DNA of 35,692 nucleotides. Origin: Opitutales bacterium. Lineage in GTDB: Bacteria > Verrucomicrobiota > Verrucomicrobiia > Opitutales > Intestinicryptomonadaceae. Below are positions 31,905 to 35,692 of this stretch, one piece after another (the first letter of the stretch is position 1; every line of letters starts with the position of its first letter). The DNA is taken from assembly GCA_017629765.1 (NCBI GenBank), contig JAGBWO010000266.1, forward strand, positions 1 through 35,692, given 5' to 3'. The notes under the pieces were generated by a model that made no database searches, had not been told where the DNA came from, and saw only the letters and a list, made by a program, of their open reading frames with translations. The position numbers were made by a program, and so were the translations under genes.

Positions 31905-32006
31905 CGTCGAACCCACTTCGTGGCTTCTCGTCCCACCTCTTTAAGGCAAAAAAAGCCCGCAAACGCTCTTGTTTGCAGGCTTTCTAAAATGGCGGGAGAG
32001 GTGGGA
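31905..32006 (-). repeat. tRNA-Arg-linked direct repeat, distal copy (102 bp, includes the duplicated tRNA 3' end TCCCACCTCTCCCGCCA)
   Basis: Identical to 32105-32205 except A7 versus A6 in one homopolymer run. Confidence 0.95.
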
Positions 32007-32104
32007 TTGTACTCGCTCGCACTTGGTGCTCGTCTCGCCCCTTTGGGGTCTTTTTGCATGGCAAAAAGCTACCGTCTCGGGTTGACGCGATGCGTCCCCC
32101 TCGT

Positions 32105-32205
32105 CGTCGAACCCACTTCGTGGCTTCTCGTCCCACCTCTTTAAGGCAAAAAAGCCCGCAAACGCTCTTGTTTGCAGGCTTTCTAAAATGGCGGGAGAGG
32201 TGGGA
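32105..32205 (-). repeat. tRNA-Arg-linked direct repeat, proximal copy (101 bp, overlaps the last 17 nt of the tRNA)
   Basis: Matches 31905-32006; period about 200 bp. Confidence 0.95.
32148..32184 (-). terminator. Intrinsic terminator after tRNA-Arg, duplicated at 31948-31984
   Basis: Minus strand AAAGCCTGCAAAC-AAGAGC-GTTTGCGGGCTTT-TTT. Confidence 0.8.
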
Positions 32206-32264
32206 CTCGAACCCACGACCAACGGTTTAGAAAACCGCTGCTCTATCCACTGAGCTACACTCCC
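32189..32264 (-). tRNA. tRNA-Arg(TCT)
   Basis: GGGAGTGTAGCTCAGTGGATAGAGCAGCGGTTTTCTAAACCGTTGGTCGTGGGTTCGAGTCCCACCTCTCCCGCCA; anticodon TCT, encoded CCA, one U-U mismatch in the acceptor stem. Confidence 0.95.
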
Positions 32265-32452
32265 ATTTTTTTTAAAGATTTCTTTTATATTCTCTTTTTT
32301 TCTTCTATCAAGAAAATTTTTTTAATGGCGCGCTATTTTAATTTCTTTGTCTTTTAGTTTCATCCGGTCTTTTTTTATATTGTTCTTCTCGGAAAATTTT
32401 GCAGAATATGAATTTGTGGAATATGTCGAATTTATGTTTTAAGGTGGGGGCA

Positions 32453-34003
32453 ATGTTTAAGTTTTTGTTTTTTGCGTTCGCAATTTTGTTTGCGCGGCCG
32501 GTCTTTGCCCAGGCTGTTGTAAAAAAGGATATGCGCGGCGTCTTGCAGTCGGTTTTGAATTCGGGCATGGATTTGGCTTTGGAGCCGAATACGGTTTACG
32601 AGCTTGACGGCGAGTTGAATTTCAAAAAGGAAAATCAAAAAATTTACACCAAAGGGGCGAAAAATCCTTTGGAGTATGCCGTGTTAAGGCTTGTTTCAGA
32701 CACGCAGTCGCGCCTTTTAAACGGTTTGGGCGCAAAAGGAGTTTCGATAAAGAATATTGTTTTTGACGGCGCAAAGTATTCTGAGGGCAGAAAGGTTGGC
32801 ATTCGCGAAAGTTTGGTGCAGATGGGAGGTCGGGGCGGCGACAACCAGACGGTTCAAAACTGTGTCTTTTTAAATTCGAGGGGATGGTCGATGTTGCATG
32901 TTTTCGAGCCCGCCGAGAATATTGGTATTTTTGATAATTTTTTCTTTTCGTCGGGTGCGGACTGCCGCGGGTCAGGGGCGCATGTAGGAGAGTCTTTGCC
33001 TGTTTGGGGCGACGGAATTTCGCTTGCGTCTAAAAACTCTAAAGTTTCGGGCAACATAATAATAGACCCTACAGATGTCGGGATTGTGGTTTTTTGCGCG
33101 TCGGGTTCTTTGGTTGAAAAAAACGCTGTTGCCGCAGTTTCGCGCGAGGCTTTGGGCGGGATAAATATGGTTGACGCCGTTAAGCATTATTTGATTTCAG
33201 GCAAAAAATACGATTATCGCGGCGTTTGTGTCAGGGAAAATTTTGTCGAAGCTTTGGGGGCGCGCGTTCATATTGCCTATCCTATTGGAAAGCACATTTG
33301 GGGGCCCGGCAAGAATGCGGGAAAATCGGGGATAGTGTTGGTTGGCGGAGAGGTTTCCGAAAACGAGATGTCGGGCAAGTGCATGGGCTACGGCATTGCC
33401 GTTTCGGGGGCGGAAGACTTCATTGTAAAGGGCAATCTATCTACTGCAAAGTATTCGCGCATCGGCGACGGTTTGCGGTATAAGCTGCCGGACGAGCCTT
33501 GCGCGTTCATATACGATTTTGAAACCGTCAAAAACTGTGAATTGCAGCCAGAATTCAAGAAAAGCGTTTCGCACATAATCCATTTGCTTGCGTGCAATTT
33601 CGGAAAGAGGCGCGAAGATTCAGGCGGTTTCAGAATGTACGGCTACGGCGGCTTTGAGGCGGAGGGGGCGATAGAAACCGCGTATCTTGAAATGCTTTGT
33701 CGCAAGCCGGCTTCTTCTGAATTGGAATATTGGAATGCCAAAATAAACGAAGAAAAGCTTTCTGCCGACGCAATCCGTTTGGAGCTGTTGAAATCCGCCG
33801 AATTTAAAAGGCTTTTCGGGGATGTCAAGCCGTGCGATTTGCATTGTTTCAGGGCGAAGGTCTGGTTTGATTCGTATTCGGAGATGTCGTCAAAAAAAGA
33901 ATGGGCTTTAATGGGCGCAAAAGATAGGATGAATATGCTTTGGCTCGCTGTTTCGGGCAGGGCAAACGGCGCAAAAAAAAGCGCGCAAAAACGCGCGCCT
34001 TAA
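32453..34003 (+). CDS. Secreted right-handed parallel beta-helix (pectin-lyase-like fold) protein with a DUF4214-like C-terminal region
   Basis: ATG 32453 follows AAGGTGGGGG and gives signal peptide MFKFLFFAFAILFARPVFA; beta-helix-type strands (IKNIVFDG, DGISLAS.NSKVSGNII, SGSLVEKN); C-terminal AYLEMLCRKPASSELEYW...LLKSAEF. Confidence 0.75.
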   Translation: MFKFLFFAFAILFARPVFAQAVVKKDMRGVLQSVLNSGMDLALEPNTVYELDGELNFKKENQKIYTKGAKNPLEYAVLRLVSDTQSRLLNGLGAKGVSIKNIVFDGAKYSEGRKVGIRESLVQMGGRGGDNQTVQNCVFLNSRGWSMLHVFEPAENIGIFDNFFFSSGADCRGSGAHVGESLPVWGDGISLASKNSKVSGNIIIDPTDVGIVVFCASGSLVEKNAVAAVSREALGGINMVDAVKHYLISGKKYDYRGVCVRENFVEALGARVHIAYPIGKHIWGPGKNAGKSGIVLVGGEVSENEMSGKCMGYGIAVSGAEDFIVKGNLSTAKYSRIGDGLRYKLPDEPCAFIYDFETVKNCELQPEFKKSVSHIIHLLACNFGKRREDSGGFRMYGYGGFEAEGAIETAYLEMLCRKPASSELEYWNAKINEEKLSADAIRLELLKSAEFKRLFGDVKPCDLHCFRAKVWFDSYSEMSSKKEWALMGAKDRMNMLWLAVSGRANGAKKSAQKRAP

Positions 34004-34015
34004 ATTTTCCCTTAA

Positions 34016-35383
34016 TCAATCGACTTTCGGCAAGCGCGAGAGGCTTTCCTGCAACTCCGCGTCTGTCGGTATGTAATCGGTCATTTGGCGGTCGTTATAC
34101 TTTTGGTAGGCGTACATGTCGAAGTAGCCTGTGCCTGTCAAACCGAAGAGGATTGTTTTTGCTTCGCCCGTTTCTTTGCATTTCAAGGCTTCGTCAATTG
34201 CCGCCTTGATTGCGTGGCTACTTTCAGGGGCGGGCAACGTTCCCTCAACCCTTGCAAATTTCACTGCGGCTTCAAACACGGAAGTTTGGTCGGCGGAAAC
34301 CGCCTCCATGAGATTGTCGTGGTAAAGCTGGGACAATATCGGGCTCATGCCGTGGTAGCGCAAACCGCCCGCATGGTTTGCAGACGGCATAAATTCCGCT
34401 CCGAGCGTGTACATCTTTGAAAGGGGGCAGACCATTCCCGTGTCGCAATAGTCGTATGCGAATTTGCCGCGCGTCAGGCTTGGGCATGACGCCGGTTCGA
34501 CCGCGATAAACCTGTAATCCGCTTCCCCCCTGAGCTTTTCGCCCATAAACGGCGCAATAAGCCCTCCGAGGTTTGAGCCGCCGCCCGCGCATCCGATTAT
34601 TATGTCGGGCTTTATGCCGTATTTTTCAAGAGCGATTTTCGATTCAAGACCTATTACCGACTGGTGCAGCATAACTTGGTTTAGCACCGACCCCAATACA
34701 TAACGGTAGCCGTCGGTGTTTATTGCGGCTTCCACCGCTTCCGAAATCGCACAGCCGAGACTTCCCGAAGTGTTGGGATGCTCCGCCAAAATTTTTCTGC
34801 CGACTTGCGTGGTGTCGGACGGCGAAGGCGTCACCGACGCTCCGTAGGTGCGCATTACTTCGCGGCGGAAAGGCTTCTGTTCGTATGAGCATTTTACCAT
34901 ATACACCCTGCAATCCAATCCGAAAAATCCGCAGGCCATCGAGAGGGCAGTTCCCCACTGTCCCGCCCCCGTTTCGGTTGTGACGCCTTTTAACCCCTGC
35001 TTTTTTGCGTAATATGCCTGGGCTATGGCGGAATTTAGCTTATGGCTGCCCGAAGTATTGTTGCCTTCAAATTTATAGTATATTTTTGCGGGAGTTTTCA
35101 GCTCATTTTCCAAAAAGTATGCGCGGATTAGGGGAGAGGGGCGGTACATTTTGTAGAAATCCAAAATTTCCGCGGGAATTTCCGTGTATGCGTTTGTGTT
35201 GTCGAGTTCCTGATTTACAAGCTCGCTGCAGAACACCGCTTCGAGTTCGTCCGCCGTCATTGGCTTTAAGGTTTGCGGGTTCAAAAGCGGCGCGGGCTTG
35301 TTTTTCATGTCCGCGCGCACGTTGTACCACGCCTTCGGCATTTCTTTTTCGTTTAAATAAATTTTATATGGAATTTCGCTCAT
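34016..35383 (-). CDS. trpB2: TrpB-like PLP enzyme (tryptophan synthase beta type 2)
   Basis: GSHKLNSAIAQAYY, TETGAGQWG, GSVLN, GCAGGGSN, HAGGLRYHG, PAPESSHA; no adjacent trpA. Confidence 0.95.
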   Translation of the reverse strand: MSEIPYKIYLNEKEMPKAWYNVRADMKNKPAPLLNPQTLKPMTADELEAVFCSELVNQELDNTNAYTEIPAEILDFYKMYRPSPLIRAYFLENELKTPAKIYYKFEGNNTSGSHKLNSAIAQAYYAKKQGLKGVTTETGAGQWGTALSMACGFFGLDCRVYMVKCSYEQKPFRREVMRTYGASVTPSPSDTTQVGRKILAEHPNTSGSLGCAISEAVEAAINTDGYRYVLGSVLNQVMLHQSVIGLESKIALEKYGIKPDIIIGCAGGGSNLGGLIAPFMGEKLRGEADYRFIAVEPASCPSLTRGKFAYDYCDTGMVCPLSKMYTLGAEFMPSANHAGGLRYHGMSPILSQLYHDNLMEAVSADQTSVFEAAVKFARVEGTLPAPESSHAIKAAIDEALKCKETGEAKTILFGLTGTGYFDMYAYQKYNDRQMTDYIPTDAELQESLSRLPKVD

Positions 35384-35464
35384 GTATATTTTTTTAATGA
35401 TTGTCCACAGCTTTACTTAAAACCGTTTCTTTTTCAAACACAAAATTTTGCACCGAAACGCCCT

Positions 35465-35692
35465 CTATTTTTCGACGACGGGCAAAACTTGGTTTGTGTC
35501 AAGCGGAATGCTTTCCGATGCAGGAATATCGGTTGAGAACACGCAGAGCATTGCGCGCTCGAATTCGGTTCCGCCGAGCATTCTTTGGAGCATAAGCTTC
35601 GGTTTCTTTCTTATGTCGAATATGGAAATAAGCCCCATTTTGTATTTTCCCCTCATCGGGAAGTCCGCCTTCCAAATTTCACACGGCTTCAA
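35465..35692 (-). CDS. C-terminal part of a hypothetical protein running off the window
   Basis: Open frame from the window edge to the stop at 35465, co-oriented with trpB2; no recognisable motif. Confidence 0.5.
   Translation of the reverse strand: MKPCEIWKADFPMRGKYKMGLISIFDIRKKPKLMLQRMLGGTEFERAMLCVFSTDIPASESIPLDTNQVLPVVEK

Noticed and set aside
31990-32115. Second tRNA gene or intron-containing tRNA
   Set aside because: No D-arm, anticodon arm or 5' acceptor strand is present; only T-arm and 3' fragments. The insert is far too short for a group I intron.
31905-32205. CRISPR array interpretation of the repeat
   Set aside because: Only two copies, about 100 bp each with a 98-bp spacer; they contain a tRNA 3' end and a terminator; no cas genes are nearby.
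31862-32222. Short ORFs over the repeat and tRNA-Arg (31862-32059, 31920-32144, 31941-32222)
   Set aside because: They overlap a tRNA and terminator hairpins and have no protein-like features.

Overview
Bacterial chromosomal window, most likely from a host-associated Verrucomicrobiota (Opitutales-like) organism. This is inferred from the PEPSTYAAIFGALALAFAAYRRRK PEP-CTERM tails and the anaerobic gene content. From left to right: (1) the end of an AT-rich integrated element (partial DUF2924-like gene, large serine recombinase and small HTH gene, all translationally coupled) abutting the 3' end of tRNA-Gln(CTG); (2) a TetR/CecR-like regulator with an RND efflux operon; (3) housekeeping genes tpx, an FNT-family transporter, hisF, trpS, nifJ, an alpha/beta hydrolase, tRNA-Leu(CAA) and tig-clpP-clpX; (4) two tandem PEP-CTERM surface-protein genes with shared promoters and near-identical 3' DNA but unrelated middles, one compositionally mosaic; (5) rpoN and a U32 family gene; (6) an AT-rich LemA plus MAG1210-like islet; (7) tRNA-Arg(TCT) followed by a ~200-bp-period structured repeat that duplicates the tRNA 3' end; (8) a secreted beta-helix protein, trpB2 and a truncated ORF. 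The strongest leads are the tRNA-Arg-linked structured repeat, the DUF2924-recombinase-HTH module with its palindromic end, and apparent cassette swapping in the PEP-CTERM genes. Family assignments come from motif recognition by eye; no searches were run.
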